Positions 13,152 to 23,184 of a stretch of DNA of 53,428 bases are shown here, piece by piece. Below the pieces are notes generated by a model. It searched no databases. It was given only the letters and a program-made list of their open reading frames with translations, and was not told the origin of the DNA. The stretch spans positions 1-53,428 of the IMG/VR virus record IMGVR_UViG_3300031857_000258. One strand, written 5' to 3'. This stretch comes from a virus (Duplodnaviria > Caudoviricetes). The stretch's first letter is position 1. Each line of letters opens with the position of its first letter. A program made the position numbers and the translations under genes.

Positions 13152-13183
13152 TCAAATTCTCCATAATATAAAACATCATTGTA

Positions 13184-13531
13184 TCAAATTTTACGCCAAG
13201 AGTCATTCTCTTTGACGTATAGTTTACCATCAGGACCTGGTACAATATTCACCGCAACACGTTTTTCAGTACCAGGTTTGTAATTTGGACCTGCACTAAT
13301 AACATAATAGTTTCCATAAGTACTCTGTTGCGGTGGCAATTCTTCACCATATGTTGCCTGCAATTGCAATACAGGTTTACCTTCAAGTTGTTTTTCCAAC
13401 TCAGCAGTTGGTAGTTCATCTTGTTTATAAACAATTCGTTCTTTGACTTGTTTATAACCTTCAACACCAACTGCGAGTAGACCAACCAGCCCTAGACTTT
13501 TTGCGAAACTTCTACGGCTTGTTGGATTCAT
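13184..13531 (-). CDS. Hypothetical protein with twin-arginine (Tat)-like signal
   Basis: SRRSFAK followed by hydrophobic stretch. Confidence 0.6.
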   Translation of the reverse strand: MNPTSRRSFAKSLGLVGLLAVGVEGYKQVKERIVYKQDELPTAELEKQLEGKPVLQLQATYGEELPPQQSTYGNYYVISAGPNYKPGTEKRVAVNIVPGPDGKLYVKENDSWRKI

Positions 13532-13803
13532 TTTGTTTCAGTCATGCCAATATAGAGTGCTTCGAATTCATTGTCTTCGGTCACTTCTTCTTGGAAAGAT
13601 TGTTTGTGATGTGTCTTTGCCATGCGGCGGAGAACTTTTTTAGGAATCTTGAAGTTATCATAGAGTGCATCGATAACATCTTTGATAGCTTCTTTGTGTG
13701 AGTCAATTACCGACATTTCGTTAGAAATTTCAGAGAGTGCATCACGAATAGATTTGAGTTGGTTCTCATCGAAAGAACCATAGAGAGTAGTCACAGCAGT
13801 CAT
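13528..13803 (-). CDS. dsDNA-binding protein (T4 DsbA/GapR-like)
   Basis: Helical, IKDVIDAL..F.IPKKVLRRMAK..HKQSF.E...E..EFEALY pattern. Confidence 0.65.
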   Translation of the reverse strand: MTAVTTLYGSFDENQLKSIRDALSEISNEMSVIDSHKEAIKDVIDALYDNFKIPKKVLRRMAKTHHKQSFQEEVTEDNEFEALYIGMTETK

Positions 13804-13805
13804 AA

Positions 13806-14489
13806 TTATCCTTCGTACTTAGAACCAGTTTCAGTAGTCACCCAATACTCAACAGGTACAGTTGTACTCTTAAAGTGACCAATGCCTTTAGATGCGATGG
13901 TAACTCCATACGCACCGGGAACAAAACGCAGATTTTCTGTAGCAAAGACCATGCGATACTTTGCACCGGTTACAGCAACGTTCAGTTGTGTTGAGTTAAC
14001 GTGTGACGCATCATCTTTTGCATCGAATGTTTCAATGCTGATTGTTTCACCATCAGAAACGAATGCGATGTTGGGTGAACCAAGTGCAGATGCAACTTTA
14101 GAAATCCATTCTAGGTCTTGTGCATCAAGAGAAAACTTAATCTCTGCATTGTCCATCGAGATAGTTTTATCTGGTGGAACAAGAATAGTTTCTTTGGCCG
14201 CTTTACGATACTTGGTGCTAGAACGACCACCAAGACCTTTGATGACAATGTTCTTATCTTCAACCTCAATTTCAGGCTGTGCATCACGTGCGAGTGTGAG
14301 TGTGCCCAAGAAATTGTTCAGATCGTGAATACCAAATTCAGCTTCGAACGTGTCGGTTAATTCTGCTCTTGCAAGAATGTTTTTTTGTTTTGAGATAGTT
14401 TCAATTACATTACCAGGTTTAACAAAGATACCTTCATTAATCGTGGCAAAGTTTTTCAAAATACTCATTGTATTTGTGGAAAGTTTCAT
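13806..14489 (-). CDS. gp45: Sliding clamp gp45
   Basis: MKLS..T..ILKNFATIN.GI, FGIHDLNNFL; synteny. Confidence 0.93.
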   Translation of the reverse strand: MKLSTNTMSILKNFATINEGIFVKPGNVIETISKQKNILARAELTDTFEAEFGIHDLNNFLGTLTLARDAQPEIEVEDKNIVIKGLGGRSSTKYRKAAKETILVPPDKTISMDNAEIKFSLDAQDLEWISKVASALGSPNIAFVSDGETISIETFDAKDDASHVNSTQLNVAVTGAKYRMVFATENLRFVPGAYGVTIASKGIGHFKSTTVPVEYWVTTETGSKYEG

Positions 14490-14500
14490 AATAATACTCC

Positions 14501-15151
14501 TTAAGTAGGTTCACGAATTATATCAGTTCCGAAGGAACTAATCAAGCAATTCTTCAAATTTTTCTTCAAATCTTCCAGACTTCCATCATTGTCGATAGTG
14601 TGGTCAATATCACCTCCAACCCATCTCCATTCTGATTCATGTACACCAGATTGGTCAATCATAAACGCTTCAGCTTTGTGGTCACCACGATTAGCCTTTG
14701 ATGCAATTTCATACCAGTGCGGTGTGATACCACGTTTAATCTCAATTAATGTACCGCCATATCTATTAATGAATTGAATTTCATTTTGAAATCTAACATC
14801 AGTGATAACATAATTTTGTTCAGGTGCGTTATCGATATAATTCTTTAACTTAATCACCCAAAAATCTTTATGAAATACATCACGACCAACTTCTGTGCCC
14901 ATGAGTTGAAGTGCTAGACGGGGAGTGAATTCTTTTCCGAATTCATAAGACCAGAAATCATCGGGTTTTTCTCGCCACTCACGTGAATGTTGAGTGTCAC
15001 CTTCAAGTAAGTGACGAGGCCAACCAAACATTTCTGCTGTAACATCCTTAACACCTTTTGCAAAGGAGATAGGAGTAAACCCCATATCTTTAAGAATGTC
15101 GCCTGCGGTACCTTTACCTGAACCAATGAATCCAAGTAAACCAACAATCAT
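14501..15151 (-). CDS. Deoxynucleoside monophosphate kinase (gp1-like)
   Basis: GFIGSGK, TPRLALQLMGTE, ITDVRFQNE, HESE. Confidence 0.9.
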   Translation of the reverse strand: MIVGLLGFIGSGKGTAGDILKDMGFTPISFAKGVKDVTAEMFGWPRHLLEGDTQHSREWREKPDDFWSYEFGKEFTPRLALQLMGTEVGRDVFHKDFWVIKLKNYIDNAPEQNYVITDVRFQNEIQFINRYGGTLIEIKRGITPHWYEIASKANRGDHKAEAFMIDQSGVHESEWRWVGGDIDHTIDNDGSLEDLKKNLKNCLISSFGTDIIREPT

Positions 15152-15948
15152 TACATTTCACCAACAAAGTTTGCTACTGCTGGCATGTCACCTTGGAAGT
15201 GATATGTTCCAATGTGTGTAGTACGCATCCATGGACAGAGCCAGATTTGACCACCCATGTTACGCCACCATTGACAGAACATGTAGTCTTCTGAGAGATA
15301 ACGCTCAGACTTTGGATCAATCACGGTATCAAAGTATGCATGAATGTAACGTGAGCCATCAAAGTGTGCTTGACCAACGTGGTCTGGCTTGTACTTGAGA
15401 TGTGGATATTGTTCCGCAAACTTAGGGAACACTTCACGCTTAATCATCATAAAGCCTGTACCAATTTCCATAACCTCAAGTGGTTCAGAAACGGAGAACT
15501 GTGCAGTACCTTTTACTGGATTGAAAACGTAATCACCAGTAACCTTTTCAAGCGTTCCAGGTTCAATGTCCGGATGCATTTGAACCGCTTTCTTTACGTT
15601 GCCCCACTTGATAGCCTTCTTAGGATAAGGACCACCAATAACATCTTTGTCAAGAGCCAACATTGCGATAACATCTTGTGGGTTGAAATTGATATCAGAA
15701 TCAATAAACAACATATGTGAGCAATCAGAACGATTTAGGAATTCATCCACCAAATAGTTTCTTGCACGTGTAATCAAAGACTCATTAAACAAGAATGAGA
15801 ATTTAACTTCGATTCCATATTGAATACACATACCTTGAAGGTCAAGACATGCTTTCATATAGAGTCCATGGTTTTGCCCACCATACATTGGTGTGGCTAC
15901 AAACAGCTTATGTTTTCTAAGTTCTTCTGTTTTGATTGAAATTTCCAT
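15151..15948 (-). CDS. Glycosyltransferase (GT-A fold)-like protein
   Basis: VATPMYGG, ESLITRARN, FIDSDI (DxD), GTGFMMI, LSEDYMFC. Confidence 0.75.
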   Translation of the reverse strand: MEISIKTEELRKHKLFVATPMYGGQNHGLYMKACLDLQGMCIQYGIEVKFSFLFNESLITRARNYLVDEFLNRSDCSHMLFIDSDINFNPQDVIAMLALDKDVIGGPYPKKAIKWGNVKKAVQMHPDIEPGTLEKVTGDYVFNPVKGTAQFSVSEPLEVMEIGTGFMMIKREVFPKFAEQYPHLKYKPDHVGQAHFDGSRYIHAYFDTVIDPKSERYLSEDYMFCQWWRNMGGQIWLCPWMRTTHIGTYHFQGDMPAVANFVGEM

Positions 15949-15963
15949 TTGTACTCCAAAAAT

Positions 15964-16001
15964 AAAAAAAAGGAGAGACCACTAAGAAATGGTACTCTCC
16001 C
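15964..16001 (-). terminator. Intrinsic terminator
   Basis: GGGAGAGTACCA...TGGTCTCTCC-T8. Confidence 0.7.
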
Positions 16002-16015
16002 GTATCAAACCAGTA

Positions 16016-16288
16016 TTAAGCGGTTTGTGGACGAACGCCCATAGCACGGCATTGTGCTTTGAAAGACTTGGAAGGAGTTCCAAGACGATAAACAGCAACC
16101 TTAGAGCCATCAGCACGTGACTTAATGTTGGTGTAGATAGCATAACCTTCGTTACGCAACTCAGAAATACGAGCGGCAACATTGGTAACACCAAATCGTG
16201 AGCGAGCCTGTGCTACGCTGAATGTGTTGTAACCTTCCTTCTTGGTCAAGGTTTGCAACATTTTTTCCTTAGCGGATACTTTTTTCAT
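16016..16288 (-). CDS. Winged-helix DNA-binding protein
   Basis: Likely start MKKVSAK (GGAG RBS); NVAARISELRNEGYAI...VYRLG. Confidence 0.7.
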   Translation of the reverse strand: MKKVSAKEKMLQTLTKKEGYNTFSVAQARSRFGVTNVAARISELRNEGYAIYTNIKSRADGSKVAVYRLGTPSKSFKAQCRAMGVRPQTA

Positions 16289-16337
16289 AATAAACTCCAT
16301 TTTAAAGTTAAGAACACTGCTCATACGAGCAAATCAC

Positions 16338-16366
16338 AGTATACAATTATGTAGGATAAAAGTCAA
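16338..16366 (-). promoter_or_regulatory. sigma70-type promoter
   Basis: TTGACT-17-TATACT. Confidence 0.65.
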
Positions 16367-16391
16367 GTGTTTTAGCGGTACACTTGAGAAT

Positions 16392-17747
16392 TTACCGTCC
16401 CACTTGCGGCAAATATTTGGACTTGGTTTCTTCCCAAGTCATGTATACCAAATCGTCATAGAAAAGAGTTTCATATGAAACATTGTTCTTCTTTTGTAGT
16501 TGACGAATGCGACCCTTGGCATACTTGGATTTCCAGAGTTCCGAAAGTGCTTCTTCGGATGTATCAAAAGATTTAACGAGTTGGTCTTCCGTGATTTCAC
16601 CACGGAGGAACTCATTGGTATTATTGTAGAGCGGAGAGAAATAGATACCACGTTGGTGTGCGGTACGTGTCAACTCTTTTGGAATACCAAGTTTTGGATA
16701 CAAGAAGTGTAGTGAACGATTCTTGTGGTCACGTTTGAACGGGAGACCTTTATCATTCTTAGCTTCCCACCACTCAAAGTATTTCTCCGTGTGGTTTTCT
16801 TTCAGCCAATTCCATAACATATTCAGAGTGGACTTGCGAGGCTCAAAAGCAACCGAACCAGATGAGAAACCCATTTTGTTCCAGTGTTCAAGACCATCGT
16901 ATTGAGATAGTCCACCAGACTTAGTATTTCCGTAGAGAGAAGTAGTTGTAACTCCAGCAAGAACATCACCATACTTTTCTTTCCACAATTTCTGAACTGT
17001 ATCGGATAGGCAAAGCAATGCAAGTAGCTTACCACCCATGTAATTGAAACCAAGGGGTTGAAGTGGAACAATAGAAGAACCGATTGCAGTATGGTTAATC
17101 ATACCACCTTGAGTTTTCTTTTCACGTTCCCAACCAATAGCAGTGTCACGTGGTGTCAAGTCTAGGAAGTCGGAAGAAATACAAATGACACCGAGATACT
17201 TGCCAGTCACATCATCTTTGACAATGAAGTTGAGGTTACGACCAATGTTTGAATTGTTCTTCATCGTAGAGATAAAGGTACGTGTCGTGTTCCATAATAT
17301 AGGAAGGTCTTTAGTACGCTTTTTGTCGCTTTTTATGGTTGTACCGTCAATTCCTGTCGTGAATTTTGATCCGGAGTCATCAGTGAATTCCATCACGGGA
17401 CGCAGGTTCATAAAGTCATCAGGCGATTCTGGTATCCAGATATTGTTCTTAGCAAGAACAATATATTTACCTTGTTCTTCATCGACAAGGACCTTTTCAT
17501 CACCCCAAAAAGTGTTGTTTGTTTTTGTGGGAAACTTTTCTTGAACCTCACACCACTTCTGGAACAAAGTATATTCTTTAACATCCATATTGGATGCATA
17601 AGTCAAATCTTCCGTAAGAACTTTCTTCAGTTCTTCGGTGTCAACATGCTCAAAGGAACTTTTTGGATTCTTTTCAGACCATTCTTCCCATTGTTTCTGT
17701 ACGTGTGCAGGCCACTTTTCGTTTTCAACATCAGAATCGTTTGACAT
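16392..17747 (-). CDS. DUF4338 / DruA-like protein
   Basis: GRNLNFIVKD..TGKYLGVI.ISSD, PLGFNYMGGKLLALL, TTTSLYG..SQY motifs. Confidence 0.7.
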   Translation of the reverse strand: MSNDSDVENEKWPAHVQKQWEEWSEKNPKSSFEHVDTEELKKVLTEDLTYASNMDVKEYTLFQKWCEVQEKFPTKTNNTFWGDEKVLVDEEQGKYIVLAKNNIWIPESPDDFMNLRPVMEFTDDSGSKFTTGIDGTTIKSDKKRTKDLPILWNTTRTFISTMKNNSNIGRNLNFIVKDDVTGKYLGVICISSDFLDLTPRDTAIGWEREKKTQGGMINHTAIGSSIVPLQPLGFNYMGGKLLALLCLSDTVQKLWKEKYGDVLAGVTTTSLYGNTKSGGLSQYDGLEHWNKMGFSSGSVAFEPRKSTLNMLWNWLKENHTEKYFEWWEAKNDKGLPFKRDHKNRSLHFLYPKLGIPKELTRTAHQRGIYFSPLYNNTNEFLRGEITEDQLVKSFDTSEEALSELWKSKYAKGRIRQLQKKNNVSYETLFYDDLVYMTWEETKSKYLPQVGR

Positions 17748-18369
17748 TAAATTTTTCTTTCACCTTGTTAATCATCATCTTTTGCATCTTGCGTCTTTGA
17801 TCGGCAAGTTTGGATCGTTTCTTCATTGCCATTTGCATAGCCAATGGCTTCACATGCATAGTATACACTACTCCGTTCATGTGGTCAAGTTCATGTTGGA
17901 AACAACGTGCGGTTATTCCGGCAAACTTGGCTGTTTTGGTAGCACCGGTGAAATCTTGGTATTCTACCTCAATGGTGGATGGACGTTCGATGTTTAGGAA
18001 CAAATCCATATATGATAGGCATCCTTCTTCCATTCGTGTCTTTTCTTCCGAAACAGTAATGATTTTTGGATTAAAGAACGCTACGTACTCATCACCTGAA
18101 CCCATGACGAATACACGATAGTTATAGCCACATTGGTTGGCAGAAAGACCAATACCATTATGCTTCTTACATGTTTCAACGAGTGAACTTGCAAATTCGG
18201 ACGGATCAACCGGTGGATTAGCAAAGTCAAACTCTGGTAATGCCGACTTTAAAGCCGGATGAATCTCTGGTACAAGAGTAAAGATTTCAATCTGTTTGCT
18301 GATTGCTGGTAAATCTTTTTTCCACGCATCGGTATCAAATACTAAAACATCATTTTTTACATCATTCAT
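17731..18369 (-). CDS. def: Peptide deformylase
   Basis: GIGLSANQ, EGCLS, QHELDH motifs. Confidence 0.95.
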   Translation of the reverse strand: MNDVKNDVLVFDTDAWKKDLPAISKQIEIFTLVPEIHPALKSALPEFDFANPPVDPSEFASSLVETCKKHNGIGLSANQCGYNYRVFVMGSGDEYVAFFNPKIITVSEEKTRMEEGCLSYMDLFLNIERPSTIEVEYQDFTGATKTAKFAGITARCFQHELDHMNGVVYTMHVKPLAMQMAMKKRSKLADQRRKMQKMMINKVKEKFNVKRF

Positions 18370-20081
18370 TTCGCCACCTGTGAGAAGTTATTTTTCTTTT
18401 CAAATTTAATTACAGACCTGAACTTATCAAAAAGTTGGTCACCTTTATGTGAGATTACAAATACATTTGTGCTATTATCTAGGCTGTTCAGTAGTTTAAG
18501 GAATTCTTCTGTACCAACTCCGTCAAGAGAAGAATCAAACACTTCGTCCAAAATCAATAGATTGGTATTCACTGAGTTCTTCATCTTAGCAATCTGACGC
18601 CATGTAAACAGAAGTGCAAGGTCAATACGCATCTTTTCACCTTCAGAGAATGATGCATAAGAGAATTCATCACGATGACGAGACTTGATTGTTTCTTCAA
18701 ACGATTCGTTTAGATTGAAGTTGACAAAGAAGTCCATTGAAGTTAAATACTTGTTAATCAACTTGTTCATAACAGGAAGATACTGCTTGATGATTTTGGT
18801 TTTGATACCAGTATCTTTAAGTAGTGTTGCCGCAAACTCATGGTACTGTTTATCTATCGACAATTGTTCAGCAACATCTTTGTATTCTTGTAATTCAGCA
18901 TTCAGAGTTTTCAATTTGTCATCGTCATTATCTGTTGACACTGTACGGGTTCTAAGTTCTTCAATCTCTTTTGACAGTCTGGTATTGTAAGAATTGACAC
19001 TTGTAACCTGTGTGTTCAACTTAACGACTTCGGAATTGTGTGCATTGATATGCTTTTGAATCTTTTCTATTTCTTCCAAACGATTGTGTACATTCTGTAG
19101 TTCTTCTTCCAGTTTTGTTGTTGCCGTTTGAATCTCAGTAATCCTGGTTTGTTTTTCAGTTACATGTTTTTCTTTTGTTTCGGATACAATAGCTTGCTGG
19201 CAGGTTGGGCAGTTATCATTGTTCTGGTAAAAAGAAATTTCTTTGTTTAATTTTCTGACGTTATCTTCAAACTTTGATTGCAGTGTTATGAGTTTAGTTG
19301 TTCTAGATGATACCGTAGTTTTGTCTGATATTTTGTTTGTAAGTTGTTCTATGTGCTTTTGAATGAGAGCAATATCTTTTGCAACCTTATTCAGGTGAGT
19401 ATCATTGTCCGAAATCTCTTGTACCTTTTTGTTGATTTCAACAAAATGGTTTTTCTTATTGTCTTCGATGTTTTGTTTCTGTAAGGAGATTTTAGCTTCA
19501 ACAAGTTTGATATTATAATCAACTGTTTTCTGTTCATCTTTGATTGTTGAAATCTTATTCTTAACAATGGAATTCATTGACGAAAAGATTTGAATATCAA
19601 GTAAATCCTCAATGATTGCTCTACGGTCTCCAGGAGACAACTGCATGAACGGAACAAAAGATGCCGACCCAAGAATTACAACTTGCGTAAAAGATTTATA
19701 ATTGAGTTTAAGAATGAACTTTTCGAGGTGCTCTTGGTAGTCTTTTGCCTTTGCGTCCTGATTAACCAGAACAGAGTCACAATAAATCTCGAACGCATTT
19801 GGTTTGATACTCCGAACAATCTTATATTGCTTCTTACCAATCTTAAACTCAATCTCAACGACACAATCTCCATTGTTGATTGTGTTCATCAATTGTGGTT
19901 TATTGATTTTACGAAACGGCTTACCGAACAAACCAAATGTGAGTGCATCCAGAATAGTGGATTTACCCGCACCGTTGTGGCCAACGATGAGTGTGTTTGT
20001 AGACCGAGTTAAGTCAATTTCAGTGAATGCATTTCCCGTGGAAAGAAAATTCTTCCAACGAACTTTTTCAAAAATAATCAT
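18366..20081 (-). CDS. gp46: Recombination ATPase gp46 (Rad50/SbcC-like)
   Basis: GHNGAGKST, CPTC zinc hook, FSEGEK, LILDEVFD. Confidence 0.95.
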   Translation of the reverse strand: MIIFEKVRWKNFLSTGNAFTEIDLTRSTNTLIVGHNGAGKSTILDALTFGLFGKPFRKINKPQLMNTINNGDCVVEIEFKIGKKQYKIVRSIKPNAFEIYCDSVLVNQDAKAKDYQEHLEKFILKLNYKSFTQVVILGSASFVPFMQLSPGDRRAIIEDLLDIQIFSSMNSIVKNKISTIKDEQKTVDYNIKLVEAKISLQKQNIEDNKKNHFVEINKKVQEISDNDTHLNKVAKDIALIQKHIEQLTNKISDKTTVSSRTTKLITLQSKFEDNVRKLNKEISFYQNNDNCPTCQQAIVSETKEKHVTEKQTRITEIQTATTKLEEELQNVHNRLEEIEKIQKHINAHNSEVVKLNTQVTSVNSYNTRLSKEIEELRTRTVSTDNDDDKLKTLNAELQEYKDVAEQLSIDKQYHEFAATLLKDTGIKTKIIKQYLPVMNKLINKYLTSMDFFVNFNLNESFEETIKSRHRDEFSYASFSEGEKMRIDLALLFTWRQIAKMKNSVNTNLLILDEVFDSSLDGVGTEEFLKLLNSLDNSTNVFVISHKGDQLFDKFRSVIKFEKKNNFSQVAK

Positions 20082-20713
20082 TATCTAAATTTAGGTCCTA
20101 CTGGCCAAACAGCTATTGATTCCCTGACACCGGAGATAACAGGTGCCACTCTATGTAAAAGGAACGATGGGAAAATAATCACATGTCCTTTTTTTAAATT
20201 TGTATTCCAGGGGTATTGTTCTGAGAAGTGATTGAGTTGAAACTCACCACCTTCAAAATCAACTCCAGGTTCACCAAGCAAAAGAATTACCGTCATCTTG
20301 CGTAGGTGTTCAAGTAAGTTGTATTGTACAGTTTTTCCATCCAATGGCAAGTCCATGTGAAACTCATGTTTACCACCTGGTTCATATTTGGCATATTGGA
20401 GATAATTATAACCATATATGTCAAAGTTGAAATACTTGTCGTTGTAATATGCAATTAAATTATTAAACTTCTCCCACATCCACAACAAATCTGGTGGAGC
20501 ACTATCCAATAAAACAACATCGGCTTTCCGTTGTTGTGGTATGTTGTAATTTGCATATTCACCACCACTTGTTGTTTTATAGTTGTTACGGAAATAATCT
20601 CGAATGAAATCACATTCACCTGGAGTAAACATCTCCGTATCCACAACAAAACGTGGAATGAAAAACATTTTCTCCGCTAATTCATCATTTACCATTTTAG
20701 TAGGTGAACTCAT
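20081..20713 (-). CDS. 2OG-Fe(II) oxygenase
   Basis: HMD, FEGGEF, FPSFLLHRVAPVISGVRES. Confidence 0.85.
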   Translation of the reverse strand: MSSPTKMVNDELAEKMFFIPRFVVDTEMFTPGECDFIRDYFRNNYKTTSGGEYANYNIPQQRKADVVLLDSAPPDLLWMWEKFNNLIAYYNDKYFNFDIYGYNYLQYAKYEPGGKHEFHMDLPLDGKTVQYNLLEHLRKMTVILLLGEPGVDFEGGEFQLNHFSEQYPWNTNLKKGHVIIFPSFLLHRVAPVISGVRESIAVWPVGPKFR

Positions 20714-21774
20714 TCTGATTCCTCATTCAATGCTTCAACGTATAATTCCCTCAGAAGCGTTTTAATTTTGTCTTTTTCTAAATCTGTTGTCAGGTTGTCA
20801 ACGTACTTATTTAAAATTGTTGTTGTGTCTTCGGCTTGATCCACATCATCGTCTTGCATGTCTTCCTGTTCAGTGAAGTCTTCAGCAATCGAAATATCAA
20901 TTGGTCCAATTTGGTATAGTCTATTGATTAGTGTATCAAACAGGTATGGATTAGTTTTATTAACAACAACAACTTTGACATAGCTGGTCTTCAGGTGTGC
21001 CAAGTCCATAGATGTGATGGTTTTAATGTCATCAACCTTATCATCATAGATAAGTTTCTTGAACATTCTGTTAGGATTCTGGATGAATTCCAGTTCCTGT
21101 GTCTTCAAATCTAGAATATGAAACCCACGTGGATCGTCATGGTCTTGCCATGTCAACTCATAGGGATTGCCGAGATAGTGTATGTTACCTCGACTCGACT
21201 TATGGTGATAGTGACCAGAAAACACCATGTCAAACTTGTCGAACATTTTAGGTTCTAAACCCTCATGTGACGGTGCACCACGATACATCTGGAAACCTTC
21301 AATCTCAAAGTGTCCCATACAGATTGTTGCTTCCGTAAGTTTCAAAGTTTGAATCGAATGGTCATAGTTCTCGGCACAAATCCACGGCATCATGCAAACC
21401 GAAACACCATCAAGTTGTAATGTATCCGGATTCTTTATGATGTTGATGTTATCATATTCTTCCAGAACGAGTCTCGGTGAATTAACATCGTTTGTGTTCT
21501 TGTAATATGTGTCATGGTTACCCACCAACATATGTACTTTGATACCACGGTCCGCCAACTTATCAAAGAACATCTTCTTTGCACGTTGCAGTGAATAGAA
21601 GTTTACGTATTTACGCCTATCAAACGTGTCACCAAGAATAAGCAGAGTAGTAATTCCGGCAAAATCAATAGCAGGAAAAAATGTTTCATCATAAAATTTT
21701 TCATAAAAGTCCAAAAAGTGTAATGAGTCATTTCTAGCACCAAAGTGTTGGTCAGTTATTATTGCTACTCTCAA
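20710..21774 (-). CDS. gp47: Recombination nuclease gp47 (Mre11/SbcD-like)
   Basis: TDQHFG, GDTFD, GNHD, SGHYH. Confidence 0.95.
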   Translation of the reverse strand: MRVAIITDQHFGARNDSLHFLDFYEKFYDETFFPAIDFAGITTLLILGDTFDRRKYVNFYSLQRAKKMFFDKLADRGIKVHMLVGNHDTYYKNTNDVNSPRLVLEEYDNINIIKNPDTLQLDGVSVCMMPWICAENYDHSIQTLKLTEATICMGHFEIEGFQMYRGAPSHEGLEPKMFDKFDMVFSGHYHHKSSRGNIHYLGNPYELTWQDHDDPRGFHILDLKTQELEFIQNPNRMFKKLIYDDKVDDIKTITSMDLAHLKTSYVKVVVVNKTNPYLFDTLINRLYQIGPIDISIAEDFTEQEDMQDDDVDQAEDTTTILNKYVDNLTTDLEKDKIKTLLRELYVEALNEESE

Positions 21775-22156
21775 TTCGTTTCCTCAGTTCCGTACTGCTG
21801 TAATTATGGTTACGAGTATTGTAATAATATTCCTTATCAAGGTGTTTACCTGTAAAGGGTTTAATCCTATACTCCTCGCCAAGTATTCTAACATCATAAT
21901 TCACTGAAGTCAATAGGTTTAAAAGGTCTTCTTCAGTGGAATATGGTATAATTTCATCAACGTACTTGCACCCTTTGAGTTGCACATACCGTTCGTAGAC
22001 TGATTGTACCGGTTTATTTTTTTCCGGTCTGTCTATTGTTGGATCGGTTTGAAGACCGACAATTAGGTAATCACAATGTTCTTTTGCTTCTTCAAGCATC
22101 AACACATGACCAGCATGAAACAAATCAAAACATGAGCAAGTGAATCCAATTTTCAT
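21752..22156 (-). CDS. Cytidylyltransferase (TagD-like)
   Basis: FDLFHAGH, R.H.YSSTELR motifs. Confidence 0.85.
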   Translation of the reverse strand: MKIGFTCSCFDLFHAGHVLMLEEAKEHCDYLIVGLQTDPTIDRPEKNKPVQSVYERYVQLKGCKYVDEIIPYSTEEDLLNLLTSVNYDVRILGEEYRIKPFTGKHLDKEYYYNTRNHNYSSTELRKRIESSNNN

Positions 22157-22157
22157 T

Positions 22158-22721
22158 TTATTCTTCCAAAAACTTTTCGATACCTTTGTTCTTTTTTATT
22201 TCCTTTTTCTTCTTCTTTGTTTCTTCGAAAGTCTCAATGAATTCGGAAATGTTATCGTACAGTTCGAAAGGCTTGGCTGGTGTATCATCGTAACCCATGA
22301 GTTCGGATTCATTGAAGATACCAAACTGCTCCGTTGCTTTGTACTTTACATACAGTTGTTTCTTTTCTTTTTGAATTCTGCGTAAGAATGCGTAGTAAAT
22401 AATTTGTGTGAAGTATGCGAAAGGATTGCTCGACTTTGAAACGTCAAAGTTTTCAAAGTACATAAGGCAGTTTTCAATACCATCTCCAACCATTTCGTCA
22501 CGGTAGGTATAGTTGATGAAGTTGGGTTTGTGTGAGAGACCCTCTGCAATCTTCATAAAGCATTCACCAATGTAATTGGGAATCTTTGGTTTTGGTTTAC
22601 CCTCTTGCTTTGCAAGTGCTACGGCAGCCTGGTATTCCAAAAGTGCTTGGCAAAAATCTGCGTTGTTGATGTAATGCTTTTTTGGTTTTGTAACCGGCAT
22701 TGGTATTGTTTGTTGTTCCAT
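22158..22721 (-). CDS. gp55: Late-transcription sigma factor gp55
   Basis: HYINN, YIGECFMKIA, NPFAYFTQIIYYAFLRRIQKEKKQ; likely start MEQQ. Confidence 0.95.
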   Translation of the reverse strand: MEQQTIPMPVTKPKKHYINNADFCQALLEYQAAVALAKQEGKPKPKIPNYIGECFMKIAEGLSHKPNFINYTYRDEMVGDGIENCLMYFENFDVSKSSNPFAYFTQIIYYAFLRRIQKEKKQLYVKYKATEQFGIFNESELMGYDDTPAKPFELYDNISEFIETFEETKKKKKEIKKNKGIEKFLEE

Positions 22722-22797
22722 GATATATGTACCTTTAAATTGCTTGACTTCCACTTGACAAAGGTCTACACTCCAGTATGTAGCCTCTGCATGTTAA

Positions 22798-23184
22798 TTA
22801 ATGAACTACGGATATATCTGGACCAACAGAGTCCAGCATTATAGCCATCAAATCTTTACTCATTTCTTCTTCATCGGAAGAATCTTCCTCCACATTTTTA
22901 GCTTTATGTATAGCATCCACAGCATTCTCAAAGTATTCGGAGAATTCAGAAGTGGGTTCTAAAATTGTAACAATCTCACCTTCAGTTATAAATGCCTCAT
23001 TGTTCTTGATGAGTGGTGCAGGTAACCAATGGTCCATCATAATGATTTGTTTACCCGATTTCATATCACTCTTAACTAAGACCACCATAGGCTCTCTAAC
23101 AATAAAATTCAATTTATCTACTTGTTCGAAATATGTTATAATGTCTTCACCAGACTTAAGGCGTAATAATTTTATTGTTTCCAT
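22798..23184 (-). CDS. Conserved T4-like hypothetical (Sm-like fold)
   Basis: IKLLRLKSGEDII N-terminus; position between uvsW and gp55. Confidence 0.65.
   Translation of the reverse strand: METIKLLRLKSGEDIITYFEQVDKLNFIVREPMVVLVKSDMKSGKQIIMMDHWLPAPLIKNNEAFITEGEIVTILEPTSEFSEYFENAVDAIHKAKNVEEDSSDEEEMSKDLMAIMLDSVGPDISVVH

Noticed and set aside
20081-20713. 2OG oxygenase as collagen prolyl-4-hydroxylase for the fibres
   Set aside because: Fibre prolines are in the X position of Gly-X-Y, not the Y position used by collagen P4H; no supporting linkage.
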